The position numbers and the translations under genes were made by a program. This document shows positions 22,710-37,100 of a stretch of 64,000 nt of DNA, in pieces. Source of the DNA: Anaeramoeba ignava BMAN (lineage: Eukaryota > Protista > Anaeramoebae); assembly GCA_028826165.1 (NCBI GenBank), contig JAPDFW010000053.1:558001-622000 (forward strand). Direction: 5' to 3'. The first letter of the stretch is position 1; every line of letters begins with the position of its first letter. The notes under the pieces were generated by a model that was given only the letters and a program-made list of their open reading frames with translations, searched no databases and was not told the DNA's origin.

Positions 22710-25533
22710 TCATTTTAAATTTAAATTTAAATTATCAAAAATTTGAAATAATAAAGAATAATAAATTTTGTTATCAAATGAAAAATGATCAACTAAACTG
22801 TCAATTTGTTGATGAGAATAATTTTGATTAGTTGAATGAAGAACATTTTTAAAATCATCAGAAAATAAATAACCAAGTGAATAAAAATCGAAAAAACGGA
22901 AAGATTTCCAAATTTCTTTTTTGTTATTTGAAAGGAAAATGGATAAAGGAGTTAAATTTGTTCTTGATTTTTCATCAATTCTATTGTTATTTGATTCTTT
23001 TGTAAATTCATTTTGTTTAGATTGAAAAATGAATTTTTTTTCAAGTTGTTTTTTCAATGAAATTTTCTGATCTCGTTTTTTTTGAAATGATATAATTGGT
23101 AATGCTGATTTATTCTCTATTCTTTTGGATTCTGGCATTGTGTCAAAATGTATTTGGAATAATTTGAGAATTTGATCTGAATATTTTTTCTGAAGAATTT
23201 CTCGAAATATTTTTGCAAACAACGAAACTTCAAATATCTTTTCATCAAATGGATCACTTTTCATTAATTCTTGAAGTGATACATATCTTAATATTTCTTT
23301 TTGAGACTTTTTTTCTTGAATTCCATGTTTTTTATTGTTTTCAATTTCCATTTTTGGATTTTTATCAATTAAAACTTGTAAACATCTGTAATTTCTACTG
23401 AAAAAACGATTTAATTTAATAGGTAAATAAAATGTATGAATTTCTTTTGAGTTATCTTTTTTGAAGAAATTTAAAGTCATCATCTTCAAAAATGTCCAAT
23501 CATGAAGATCCAGATCAAGTTTTTGTTTTGCAATCCGTCTTTTTTATTTATTTATTTGAATTTAAATCATTTTATATAAAATTAATAAATTTAAATCATT
23601 TTAAATAATAATAATAATTATTATAATAAATCAAATTCTTTTACTTAGCACAATTTTCTAAACATTTTTCATTCATATTTAATAATGAAAATTTTCCATC
23701 AAGTTCAGGAATATATTTTCCTTGAATGAATTCTTGTCTTCTTCCTTTTTTTTCTTTCACTAAGAATTGTATTCTTTCTGATGAATGAATTTTACGATTT
23801 TCTTTTATTTCTTCATTTTTTATTCCAATCAAAATTAGTTTAATTTTCCATATTGTTTTTTGATTTGTTTTTTGATATGGATTTTGATTTGTGGATTGAT
23901 TTCTTGATTTTTCAATAATATCATTTGTTTTAATTTCTTTTTCTTTTTCTAAATTTAAATTTGAGTTGTTTTTTTTTAAAATTGAATTATCCTTTTCTTC
24001 ATTTGAAGAAATATTTTCCATTTCAGAATTTGAATCGTTATCTTTTCTATCAAAAATAGGAGTTAATGATTTTTTATTATTTTCATTTTGATTTTCATTT
24101 TGATTTTGATTTTGATTTTCAATTTGATTTTGATTTTCAATTTGATTTTGATTTTCAATTTGATTTTCATTTTGATTTTGATTTTGATTTTCAATTTGAT
24201 TTTCAATTTGATTTTGATTTTGATTTTGATTTTCAATTTGATTTTCAATTTCTTTTTCCTTTTCCTTTTTTAAATCCCAATAACTTGAATTTGAATCCAT
24301 TTGAATAGTTTTTGAAAAATTAATTTTTCTGAATTGATAATAATAAGGAATCCAATCACAATTCATTAAAAAAAACTTTTTTGAAATTGCCAAATTTTTA
24401 TATCTTTGTTTAATATCTTGGTATGTCCTTTCAAATTGCAAAACATTACCAGGAAAATAAAACCTATTAATTGATTCCAATATGAATATAATATTGATTT
24501 GAAATGAAATGAAATGAAATGAAATTAAATGAAATTAAATTAAATTAAATTAAATTAAATTACGTTCTATTTTCATCATCTTCTAAACTATTTAGTTTTG
24601 TTTTGTTTGATTTCTTTTCATTTCTTGAATGAGAATATTTATCATTTCTTTTTCTTTTAACTTCAAAATCTTGATTAATAAAACGTTTTGAAGTATGAGA
24701 ACCTTCAAATTGATATATTGGTTTTATTTTGTCATCATTATAATCCTTTCTATCATCATAATAATCCTTTCTATTATCATAATATTCTCTTCTATTATCA
24801 TAATAATCTCTTTGAATGTCTTTTTTTAATTCTTGATTTTGTGATTTAAAATTTGATTCTTCCAAAAAAATTTTTGTAGGATTTGGATCAAAAAAGAAGG
24901 AATTATTCAATGGATTATTCAATGAATTATTCAATGAATCATTCAAAGAGTTTTTCAAAGGATCATTCAAAAGATTTGAATTCAATGAATTTGCATTCAA
25001 AGAAGTAGTCAAAGAATCCTTTAAAGAATTTAAAGAGTTATTCAACGAATTTAATTCACTTGAAATATTATATTTTGAAGAAATATTCCTTGTTTGAATT
25101 AAAGAGTTTAATGGATGCATTTGATTTAATTGTAAAGGAAGGGGATTATTCAAAGCTCCTACATTCGAATATTGATTTGATCTTATATTTGGGTTTGTGT
25201 TTTAGTATTTGGATAATTATTTAATAATTGAGCAACTGAATTTGGATTATTTTGAATTAATTTTAAAAAAAGTGATGAATCAGTGTTTTTATTAATATTA
25301 GTTTTTGGAATTATTTTTGGTTCATTTCCAATATAATTTGATTGTAAAAATTGATTTCGTTGTTGATTTTGTTGAGCTCGATGTTGATTTTCTAATATTT
25401 GGTGAATCATTTCATCTCTGTTTTGATTTATTATATTATTTTGTTGAAATCTTGAATCATAATTCATTAGATTTTCTGTTCTTGGATTTTGATAAGAATC
25501 AAGTGAGTGTTTTCTTTCAAAAATTTTTTTCAT
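22710..25533 (-). CDS. CCAR1: CCAR1/CCAR2(DBC1)-family protein; exons 25533-24564, 24463-23645, 23538-22710
   Basis: Family-like blocks YQDIKQRYKNLAI, RIQFLV..GKYIPELDG..LDLHDWTF (DBC1 domain), FEVSLFAKIFREILQ and EF-hand-like SFRFFDFYSLGYL. GT-AG introns 24464-24563 and 23539-23644 keep frame. One frameshift at about 25200. Confidence 0.75.
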
Positions 25534-25624
25534 TTCAAGATGAATAAAATAAAAAAAGAAAAAAATGAAAAAAGATTTTAAAAAAAAATTTTTTTTTAAT
25601 AAAAAAAAAAACAAAGATTAAAAA

Positions 25625-26377
25625 GTGAAATTTTCATTTTGATTTTAATTTTGATTTTGATTTTAATTTTAATTTTAATTTTGATTTTCAATTTGATTTT
25701 GATTTTCAATTTGATTTTGATTTTGATTTTGAATTTGATTTTGATTTTCATTTTGATTTTGATTTTGATTTTGATTTTGAATTTGATTTTTTGATTTTGA
25801 TTTTGATTTTGATTTTGATTTTGATTTTGATTTTGATTTTGATTTTGATTTTGATTTTGATTTTCAATTTGATTTTGATTTTGATTTTGATTTTGATTTT
25901 GGATTTTAATTTTGATTTTGGATTTCATTTTGATTTTAATTTTTGATTTTTTTTTTAAATTTTAATTTTGATTTTGATTTTGATTTTGATTTAATTTTGA
26001 TTTTCAATTTGATTTTTGATTTTAAATTTTGATTTTTAATTTTGATTTTAATTTTAATTTTGATTTTGATTTTGATTTTCAATTTGATTTTGATTTTCAA
26101 TTTTTTGATTTTGATTTTAATTTTAATTTTGATTTTCATTTTGATTTTGAATTTTAATTTTGATTTTCAATTTGATTTTTTAATTTTGATTTTCAATTTG
26201 ATTTTTTTATTTTAATTTAATTTTAATTTTGATTTTGATTTTTGATTTTTCATTTTGATTTTTGGATTTTGATTTTTAATTTTGATTTTGATTTTAATTT
26301 TGATTTTAATTTTGATTTTCAAATAATTTTGGATTTCATTTTGATTTTGATTTTTAATTTTGATTTTAATTTTGGAT
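25625..26377. repeat. Intergenic (GATTTT)n/(AATTTT)n microsatellite
   Basis: Degenerate hexamer tract; its ORFs are only KIKI/NQNQ low-complexity readings. Confidence 0.9.
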
Positions 26378-27614
26378 TTATATTTTGATTTTGATTTCAG
26401 TTTCTTTTGTATCACTTTCTTTTGTTTCACCTTTTTCTAAATCACTTTCTTTTAAATCATCCATTTTGATTTCATTTTTACTTGAATCAATTGATTTTGA
26501 ATCTTCTTTTGAAATTCTTGAACGATGTTTTCTATCTCTAATCCAAGCAAGAAGTCCACCAAATGAAAAGAAAAGGATTATAAGTATAATAGCTATGAGA
26601 TGAAAAATATATCCAAGTCCATATTTTTGAGAAACATCTAAAACATCATAAACCCATTCATGTGTTTGTGAATAATAGATATAAAATGGAATCAAATAAA
26701 TTAAATCAAATATAATTGAAAATAATAAATGTGGTTTTGGAAATGTTGCTTGATTGAAAAATAAATCTACTGTTGGTGGAACAACATTTACTCCATGAAG
26801 AAAACAAGAAAATAATTTAACTTTATCAGCAAGAAAAGCCCTTTAATATTTAAAAGAAAAGTGGAATAAATTTAAATTATTTTAAAAGAAAAGTGGAATA
26901 AATTTAAAATGTAAATATTTTTGAAATTTATAAATATTTACCAAAAAAAAGATGTTACAAGCCATGCATTTGTAAAAGCCATTTGAAAAATTATTAATCC
27001 TAATTTATACCAAATATTTGCTTCTTCTTTAACTTTTGGATGAAGTAATTCTTCTGGATTTTCTGATTTTTTAAGTTTTAATAAAAACATAAATGAAAGG
27101 ATTGAAGAAAACTAAAATAAAATAATTAGATTTTGATTTTAATTTTGAATTTAAATTTGATTTTTGATTTTGATTTTGAATTTGAATTTGATTTTGATTT
27201 TGAATTTGATTTTGAATTTGATTTTGAATTTGATTTTGAATTTGATTTTGATTTTGATTTTGATTTTGATTTTGATTTTGATTTTGATTTTGATTTTGAA
27301 TTTTAATTTTGATTTTAAATTTGAATTTTGAATTGAGAATTGAGAATTTTATTTTGAAAAGAAAAAAATATATAATTTACTATTAAATAAACTAATAATA
27401 AAGTAAAAGACCATTCCGTTAAATAAATATAAGCCATTTTTATCTCAAAACGAACTCCAACAATATAAAGAATAATAAAAGTTATTGTAACAATTATTCT
27501 AATTATTGTTAACCAAAAAAATGTTTTAAATCCACCAAATCTTGGAACAATAGAATCTTGAGTTTGAATTCTTCTAATTTTCCAAAATCCTGGTTTACAT
27601 GAACAATTTCTCAT
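26378..27614 (-). CDS. FAR-17a/AIG1/ADTRP (rolling stone-like) multi-pass membrane protein, copy 1; exons 27614-27381, 27111-26942, 26840-26378 (288 aa)
   Basis: Two GT-AG introns (phase 0 and phase 2) give an open frame. About six hydrophobic segments, with YLTEWS, VTSFFW, LHGVN and VYDVLD motifs. Confidence 0.78.
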
Positions 27615-27834
27615 ATTTAAATTTAAATTGTTTATTAATTTTTGATAATTAATTAATTTAGTTTGGAAGAAAAAATGAAAAAAAATGAAAAAAATGAAAA
27701 TTGAGAATTTTTTTTTCTCATTTTTTCTTTTTTATTTTTAAATCAAAAATCAAAAAACAAATCAAAAACAAATTAAAAACAAAACTTTGTCAATTCAATT
27801 ATTTTTCATCAATTCAAAGTTGTTTTATTCGAAA

Positions 27835-29391
27835 TTAATTAATTTCATTTTCATTTCCATTTTCATTTCCATTTTCATTTTCATTTTCATTTTCATTTTC
27901 ATTTTCATTTTCATTTTCATTTCCATTTTCATTTTCATTAAAATTAGAAAAAAGTGGATTTCTTTCATCATCAATTAAAACTTTTGAATAAAATTTCTTA
28001 TCTCTAATCCAAGCAAGAAGTGCACCAAAAGCAAAGAAAAGAATTATACATATAATAGCTAAAATATGAAAAATATATCCAATTCCATGTTTTTGAGAAA
28101 GATCTAAAACTGGATAAACCCATATATGTGTTTGTGAATAATAGATATAAAAATCAACCAAATAAATTAAATTAAATATAATTGAAAATAATAAATGTGG
28201 TTTTGGAAATGTTGATTGATTGAAAAATAAATCTAATGTTATTGGAACAATATTTCCTCCATGAGCAAGATTATTAAACCATCCTTCTCCTTCTCTTATA
28301 AAAGCCCTTTAATATATATATTTTTAAAATATTTTTAAAAGAAAAGTGGAATAAATTTAAAATATTAAAAGAAAAGTGGAATAAATTTAAATTATTTTAA
28401 AAGAAAGTGGAATAAATTTAAAATATTTAAAAAAGTGGAATAAATTTAAATTATTTTAAAAGAAAAGTGGAATAAATTTAAAATGTAAATATTTTTGAAA
28501 TTTATGAGTATTTACCAAAAAAAAGTCATTACAAGCCATGCATTTGTAAAAGCCATTTGAAAAATTATTAATCCTAATTTATACCAAATATTTGCTTCTT
28601 CTTTAACTTTTGGATGAAGTAATTCTTCTGGATTTTCTGATTTTTTAAGTTTTAATAAAAATATAAATGAAAGGATTGAAGAAAACTAAAATAAAATAAT
28701 TTGATTTTAGAATTTTGATTTGATTTTGATTTTGAATTTGAATTTAATTTTGATTTTGATTTTGATTTTGAATTTGAATTTGAATTTGAATTTTGATTTT
28801 GATTTTGATTTTGAATTTGATTTTGATTTTAAATTTGATTTTGATTTTGAATTTGAATTTGAATTTTAATTTTGATTTTGAATTTGATTTTGATTTTGAT
28901 TTTGATTTTGATTTTGATTTTGATTTTGATTTTGATTTTAATTTTGATTTTTGATTTTTGATTTTGATTTTGATTTTGATTTTGATTTTGATTTTGATTT
29001 TGATTTTGATTTTGAATTTGAATTTTAATTTTGATTTTGATTTTAATTTTGATTTTGAATTTAATTTTGATTTTGAATTTGATTTTGATTTTGATTTTAA
29101 TTTTGATTTTGATTTTGGTTTTTATGTTGAAATTGAATTGAGAATTTTGAATTTTACTAAAAGAGAAATTAATAATAAAGTAAAAGACCAAACTGTCAAA
29201 AAAGTATAAGCAATTTTAATTGTAGAATAAACTCCAACAATATAAAGAATAATATAAATTATTGTAACAATTATTCTAATTATTGTTAACCAAAAAAATG
29301 TTTTAAATCCACCAAATCTTGGAACAATAGAATCTTGAGTTTGAATTCTTCTAATTTTCCAAAATCCTGGTTTACATGAACAATTTCCCAT
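27835..29391 (-). CDS. AIG1/rolling stone-like membrane protein, copy 2; exons 29391-29158, 28685-28516, 28306-27835
   Basis: Same exon 1 and 2 lengths (234 and 170 nt) and intron positions as copy 1; FLTVWS, AHGGN, VYPVLD. Confidence 0.78.
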
Positions 29392-29594
29392 ATTTAAATT
29401 TAAATTGTTTATTAATTTTTGATAATTAATTAATTTAATTTGGAAAAAAAAATGATTAAAAAAAATGAAAAAAAATTTTTTTCTTTTTCTTTTTTAATTT
29501 AAATTAAAAACAAATTGTTGTTTCTATTTTGCATTTTGACTTATTTCCTTTTCAATTTTAATTTCCAATTCAATTCATTTCATTTAATTTTCAA

Positions 29595-32083
29595 TTAATC
29601 ATCATTTCCTGTCAAAATACCAAATTCAATTCCTTTATTTTTTTCATCATCATCAATTGAATCATTTTCATTATTATTTCTTTCATCATTTGAATCATTT
29701 GAATTATTTTCATTTAATTTAGAAAAAAGTGAACCTTTTTGATCATCAATTAAAACTTTTGAATAAAATTTCTTATCTCTAATCCAAGCAAGAAGTGCAC
29801 CAAATGCAAAGAAAAGAATTATACATATAATAGCTAAAATATGAAAAATATATCCAATTCCATGTTTTTGAGAAAGATCTAAAACTGAATAACGCCATAT
29901 ATGTGTTTGTGAATAATAGATATAAAAATCAACTAAATAAATTAAATTAAATATAATTGAAAATAATAAATGTGGTTTTGGAAATGTTGATTGATTGAAA
30001 AATAAATCTAATGTTATTGGAACAATATTCCCTCCATGAAGAAATCTAGTAAACCATCCTTTTCCATCTCTTAGAAAAGCCCTTTAATATATTTTTTTTA
30101 AATTATTTAAAAGAAAAGTGGAATAAATTTAAATTATTTAAAAAAAGTGGAATAAATTTAAATTATTTAAAAGAAAAGTGGAATAAATTTAAATTATTTT
30201 AAAAGAAAAGTGGAATAAATTTAAATTATTTAAAAAAAAGTAGAATAAATTTAAATATTTAAAAAAGTGGAATAAATTTAAAATGTAAATATTTTTGAAA
30301 TTTATGAGTATTTACCAAAAAAAAGTCATTACAAGCCATGCATTTGTAAAAGCCATTTGAAAAATTATTAATCCTAATTTATACCAAATATTTGCTTCTT
30401 CTTTAACTTTTGGATGAAGTAATTCTTGTGGATTTTCTGATTTTTTAAGTTTTAATAAAAATATAAATGAAAGGATTGAAGAAAACTAAAATAAAATAAT
30501 TTGATTTTGATTTGATTTTGATTTTGAATTTGAATTTTAATTTCATTTTGATTTTAGAATTTTGATTTGATTTTGATTTTGAATTTAATTTTGAATTTGA
30601 TTTTGGTTTTGATTTTGATTTTGATTTTGATTTTGATTTTAATTTTGATTTTGATTTTGATTTTGATTTTGATTTTGATTTTGATTTTAATTTTTAATTT
30701 TAATTTTAATTTTGATTTTGATTTTGATTTTGATTTTTGATTTTAAATCCACCAAATTTTGATTTTGATTTTGAATTTTGAATTTTGAATTTGATTTTGA
30801 TTTTGATTTTGATTTTGATTTTGATTTTGATTTTGATTTTGATTTTGATTTTGATTTTAATTTTAATTTTAATTTTGATTTTGATTTTGATTTTGATTTT
30901 TGATTTTGATTTTCAATTTGATTTTGATTTTAATTTTGAATTTGATTTTAATTTTGATTTTGATTTTGATTTTGATTTTGATTTTGATTTTGATTTTGAT
31001 TTTGAATTTTGATTTTGATTTTGAATTTGATTTTGATTTTGATTTTTGATCAAAATTTTGATTTTGATTTTTGATTTCTAAAAGCAAGATTTGATTTTGA
31101 TTTTGATTTTGATTTTGATTTTGATTTTGATTTTGATTTTGAATTTGAATTTGATTTTGATTTTGATTTTCAATTTGATTTTGATTTTGATTTTGATTTT
31201 AATTTTGATTTTGATTTTGATTTTGATTTTCAATTTTGATTTTTAATTTTGATTTTGATTTTAGTTTTGAATTTGAATTTTGATTTTGATTTTTGATTTT
31301 GAATTTGATTTTGATTTTAATTTTTAAATTTTGATTTTGATTTTAAAATTTTGGAATAATTTGATTTTTAAAATTTTGAATTTTGATTTTGATTTTGATT
31401 TTGATTTTGATTTTGATTTTTGATTTTGATTTTGATACCAAATTTTGCTTTTTTTGATTTTGGATTTTGATTTTTGATTTGAATTAAAAATTTGATTTTG
31501 ATTTTGATTTTGATTTTGATTTTGATTTTGATTTTGATTTTGATTTTGATTTTGATTTTAGAATTTTAATTTTGATTTTGAATTTGAATTTGAATTTTAA
31601 TTTTGATTTTGAATTTGATTTTGATTTTGATTTTGATTTTGATTTTGATTTTCATTTTGATTTTGATTTTGATTTTGATTTTGAATTTGATTTTGATTTT
31701 GATTTTGATTTGATTTTGATTTTGATTTTGATTTTGATTTTGAATTTGAATTTTGATTTTGATTTTGAATTTGATTTTGATTTTGATTTTGATTTTGATT
31801 TTAATTTTGATTTTTATGTTGAAATTGAATTGAGAATTTTGAATTTTACTATTAAAGAAATTAATAATAAAGTAAAAGACCAAAGTGTTAAAAAAGTATA
31901 AGCAATTTTAATTGTAGAATAAACTCCAACAATATAAAGAATAATATAAGTTATTGTAACAATTATTCTAATTATTGTTAACCAAAAAAATGTTTTAAAT
32001 CCACCAAATCTTGGAACAATAGAATCTTGGGTTTGAATTCTTCTAATTTTCCAAAATCCTGGTTTACATAAACAATTTCCCAT
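29595..32083 (-). CDS. AIG1/rolling stone-like membrane protein, copy 3; exons 32083-31850, 30485-30316, 30081-29595
   Basis: Same structure with intron 1 expanded to 1364 bp; FLTLWS, LHGGN. Confidence 0.78.
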
Positions 32084-32300
32084 ATTTAAATTTAAATTTA
32101 TTATTTTTATTGATGATTAATTAATTTAATTTGGAAAAAAAATGATTAAAAAAAATGAAAAAAAATTTTTTTCTTTTTCTTTTTTAATTTAAAAAACAAA
32201 AGAAAAAAAACAACAGAGAAAAAATAAAAATCAATTTTTGTTCCACTTTTCTTTTTCAACTATTTTGATTTGAATTTGGAATTGATTTGTTAAAAATGAA

Positions 32301-33926
32301 TTAGAAAATATCATCATCTTTTTTTTCATTTTCATTTAAATTATTTTCATTTTCATTTCCATTTTCATTTTCATTTTCATTTTCATTTTCATTTTCTAAT
32401 TGATCTAAATTAACATTTTGATTTTCAATATCATTTTGTCTCTTTTTCAAATTAGTTTCATTTTCTTTGGAATTATCAAATTCAATTTCTTGAAATTCTA
32501 AATCAATTCCCTGATTTTTAATATTCTCATCATTTAAATCATTAATTTCATCATTAAAATTAGGAAAAAGAAGATTTTTTTCATCATCAATTAAAACTTT
32601 TGAATAAAATATTTTATCTCTAATCCAAGCAAGAAGAGCACCAAAAGCAAAGAAAATAACTATAAATATAATAGCAGCGATGTGAAAAATATATCCAAGA
32701 CCATATTTTTGAGAAACATCTAAAACATCATAAAGCCATTCATGTGTTTGTGAATAATAGATATAAAATGGAATTAAATAAATTAAATTAAATCCAAGTG
32801 AAAATAATAAATGTGGTTTTGGAAATGTTATTCGATTGAAGAATAAATCTACTGTTATTGGAACAATATTCCCTGCATGAACAAAACCATTAAACCATCC
32901 TTTTTCACCTCTAAGAAAAGCCCTTTAATATATTTTTTTTAAATTATTTTAAAAAAAAAGTGGAATAAATTTAAAATATTTTAAAAAGTGGAATAAATTT
33001 AAATTATTTTAAAAGAAAGTGGAATAAATTTAAATATTTAAAAAAGTGGAATAAATTTAAATTATTTTAAAAAAAAGTGGAATAAATTTAAAATGAAATT
33101 ATTTTTGAAATTTATAAATATTTACCAAAAAAAAGTCATTACAAACCATGCATTTGTAAAAGCCATTTGAGAAATTATTAATCCTAATTTATACCAAATA
33201 TTTGCTTCTTCTCTAAATTTTGGATGAAGTAATTCTTGTTTATTTTTTGATTTAATAAGTTTTATCAAAAATGCAAATGAAAGGATTGAAGAAAACTAAA
33301 ATAAAAGAATTTGAATTTAAATTTTGATTTGAATTTTGAATTTGATTTTGAATTTGATTTTGATTTTGAATTTGAATTTGAATTTGATTTTGATTTTGAT
33401 TTTGATTTTGATTTTGATTTTGATTTGAATTTTGATTTTGATTTTGAATTGAATTTTAATTTTAATTTTGATTTTAATTTTAATTTTGATTTTGATTTTG
33501 ATTTTGATTTTAATTTTAATTTTAATTTTAAATTTGAATTTTGATTTTAATTTTGATTTTGATTTTGATTTTGAATTTGAATTTTGATTTTGATTTTGGA
33601 TTTGAATTTGATTTTGAATTTGAATTTGATTTTGATTTTGAATTTGAATTTTGATTTTGATTTTGAATTGAATTTTGAAATTTGAATTTTACTAAAAGAG
33701 AAATTAATAATAAAGTAAGTGACCAATTTGTTAAATAAAGATAAGCAGTTTTAAGTTGAGAATGAATTCCAACAATATAAAGAATAATATAAATTATTGT
33801 AACAATTATTCTAATTATTGTTAACCAAAAAAATGTTTTAAATCCACCAAATCTTGGAATAATAGAATCTTGAGTTTGAATTCTTCTAATTTTCCAAAAT
33901 CCTGGTTTACATGAACAATTTCCCAT
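32301..33926 (-). CDS. AIG1/rolling stone-like membrane protein, copy 4; exons 33926-33693, 33295-33126, 32922-32301
   Basis: Same structure; YLTNWS, VHAGN and a longer acidic tail. Confidence 0.78.
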
Positions 33927-34186
33927 ATTTAAATTTAAATTTATTATTTAAATTGATGATTAATTTATTATTTAAAAAAAAAATGAATTTCAAAATTTGT
34001 TTTTTTTTTTTTAATTTTTATTTTTTTCAAAATCATTTTTCTTTCTCCATTTAAAAATGAAACCAATTTCTTTTAATAATCTAAATCAAATTAAAGAGTA
34101 TTTTTTATTTTATTTTATTTTATTTAAATAATGAAAACAAAATCAAAATGAATAAAAAAATTTGGAACATCTTCTTCTAAAAAAAA

Positions 34187-37100
34187 ATGTTTAGATATGA
34201 AAACTTAGATAAAGAAGAAAGAATTGAAAAAACCATTTGCAAATTTTGTAAAAAAGAAATTATTGAAAATTTCATTTGTGATTTTTGTCAAGATACTTTT
34301 TGCAAAGAATGTATATTTGAATCAGTATTTATTCCTATGATAAATCAAAAAGGAAATTTATGCAAATTTTGTTCACAAAAACTTGGATATATTTTTGCAA
34401 GATCACAAAATATAGAAAATAAATCTAATAATAATACTAAACAAATAGAAATGAAAATCATACAAAATTATATTGATATGAAGAATAAATATGCAAATGA
34501 TAACAATTATGATTTTAAAAAATTATCAAATTCTCAAGAATCAAATTTAAAAGTGCTTTATTCTTCATGTAAATAAATAATTATTTATTTATTTTAAAAA
34601 AAATAATCAAATTTTATTTGCTAATTCAAAAAAACAAAAAATTAATCAATCAGTGAAAAAAAAGGAAATTCAAATGAACCATTCAAGTTTACACACTTAT
34701 TTATATAAAAAATTGGAATTCTCAATGCAAGAATTGGGAGTAAATATTAAAAAATGGAAAGAGCCTTTAATCACAATTTCATCATCAATTTCAAGAAATT
34801 TGAGTAAATTTATCAATAGAAAGTATTTGGAAAATAACACATTTCGCAATTCTTTCCCGAATATCCAATATTCAAGCAAAAATATCCAAGATTTTGTCAA
34901 AATTAATAAATTCACAAGTGGGAATATAAATGATACAATTTTATTTAATGGAGTCGCATTTTCCAAAGGATGGATTCCTCAAAAATTGCAATTGAATCCA
35001 TCATTATTCAAAACACATGCCAAAATATTGATATTTAACTGTGCGATTGAATACATCCCAAAGAAAAACATCAAATCAATTCCCAAAAAAAATGAAAAAG
35101 AGGAAATATTTATCAAGAAAAAACTGACAAATGTGATTAAGCTCAAACCATATGCTGTTTTCATTTTTAACAAATCTTTTTCTCAAAATGCAAAGAATTT
35201 GTTTTGTGAAGCTGGTATAATTATTGTAAAAAGCATAAACATGAAGAATCTTAGTTCGTTATGCCAAATCACTGGCGCAAATCCTATAAATTCATTGGAT
35301 GAAGAAATCAATATCAAAAACATCGGGATTTGCAAAACATTTGAAATCAAAATGATTCCCTGTTCAATTAACATGAAAACAATAAGTCAAAAAAAGGATT
35401 ATTCAGTCAAAAAACCAATATTTTTAGTTGGAAATTCTCAATTTGATATGGCTCATTGCTCGGTTATATTAAGAGGAGGAACCGAGGATGAATTGAGCAA
35501 AATCAAGCAATTATTGAAATGGATAATTTTTATCACAAGAGATTTCTCTCTTTTCTTGAAATCCTTTGGTAAATATATTGATTTGGAACAACATTATTAC
35601 TATCAATTTAAACACAAAATGGAAAAGAAATTAAAATCAAAAAAAAATCTACAAAATGAGCAATTAAATCAAAACCTAGAAGACGAAAATTTGTCTCCAA
35701 AGAATACTTTCGATTTATGGATGGAAAAGCAAAAAATTGTTGTTCTTGATCAGATGAAGAACTCGCAAAATCAAAATATTATTTCTGATAAAAGCACAAA
35801 ATCAAATTATTTTATAATTCATTATTATTCTAAGAACGACATGACTCTTGGTGAATTTTTGCAAATTGCTTTGGGAAAACAAAACAAAATATTGCTCCAA
35901 CAAAATCAAAAAGAACGAATATGGAAAATTTTCATTTGCAATACTACTCAAGTCATGATATCTTTTGAAAATAATGATAATAATGATAATAATGATAATA
36001 ATGATAAAAGTGATAATGATAATTTCTTTCTGGTTGGAAAATGTTCTAAATGTAACTACATTTCCAAAAAGATACAGATAGCATCTGAATATTGGATGTT
36101 TTCATTTGGAAAATTTCTTTCATTATTATTTAATAGAAGAGAATGGAAAAAATATAATGATAATAATAATTGTCCAATTTGTGATAGTTCTTCATATTTT
36201 TTCAATTTGGATCATCTCTCTTTCTTCCACAAACAAATGATAATTAATTTTAAAATTTCACCCATAAATATCTTTCAAATATCAACACCAAACATTGAAC
36301 TTTCTTTCCAAAACTCAGAAAATTTAATAGAGATTGAACTAAAAAAATTCATTCCATTCACAAATTTAATTTATGAAAAAATTTATGAAAAATTCACAAA
36401 AATTGAACTTTTGATGTTGGAATCAAAATCATTATTTGAGGATATTTTGGAGTATGAATCATTTAAGCCTCACAGCCCAAATATCGAGCAATCAAATGTA
36501 TTCAAACCGTCTTTTCAAAAATTGACTTTTTCCAAATCTTCAAATGACATAATTTCGTTTTCTTTGCCACAAAAAACTACACTTTCACAAGATTCAAATT
36601 TAACATCAGAAAAGGAAGAAAATAATAAACAAAAACTAATTGTGGAATTTCGAGAAAACTTGAAAACAGCAAGACAACAATTATTCACCAAACAAATGGA
36701 TATACAAAATCGAATTAAGGAATTATCCAAAAGTAAAAACAAAACATTTTTTGATTTGAATATTATACAAAAGGATTTTTTGGAGAATATCAATTTTTGG
36801 AAAGAAAAACTCAACGAAACAATCACAAATGGAGATCAACTGAGAATCATCAATAAAAATAAAAAATGGATCAAATCAAATTTTTGTTTGTCAAAAAACA
36901 TTACTTGCCAAGATTTCATAGAGAAACTGATAAACCAATATCAGGAAATAAACAAGACACCAACAGATGGAAACACATCAGTTACATTGAGCACAACCAA
37001 AAAGAAGCAGCAAGAATACTCACTTCATCATGACAATTTTTCTTATTACAAACAAATCATTGATTGTCAACCCTTTATAAACAAAATTGAGGAGAAATCA

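Noticed and set aside
25534-25614. TTG-started N-terminal extension of the CCAR1-like ORF
   Set aside because: Low-complexity upstream sequence; the ATG at 25533 is the plausible start.
30741-30757. 17-nt copy of exon-1 sequence (ttttaaatccaccaaat) inside the copy-3 intron, plus similar short exon-like words at about 31081 and 31435
   Set aside because: Too short and in the noisiest part of a microsatellite; probably a polishing artefact.
17905-33544. Many short ORFs of KIKIKI, ILILIL, FDFDFD or NQNQNQ
   Set aside because: They are readings of hexamer microsatellites in introns, spacers or alternative frames.
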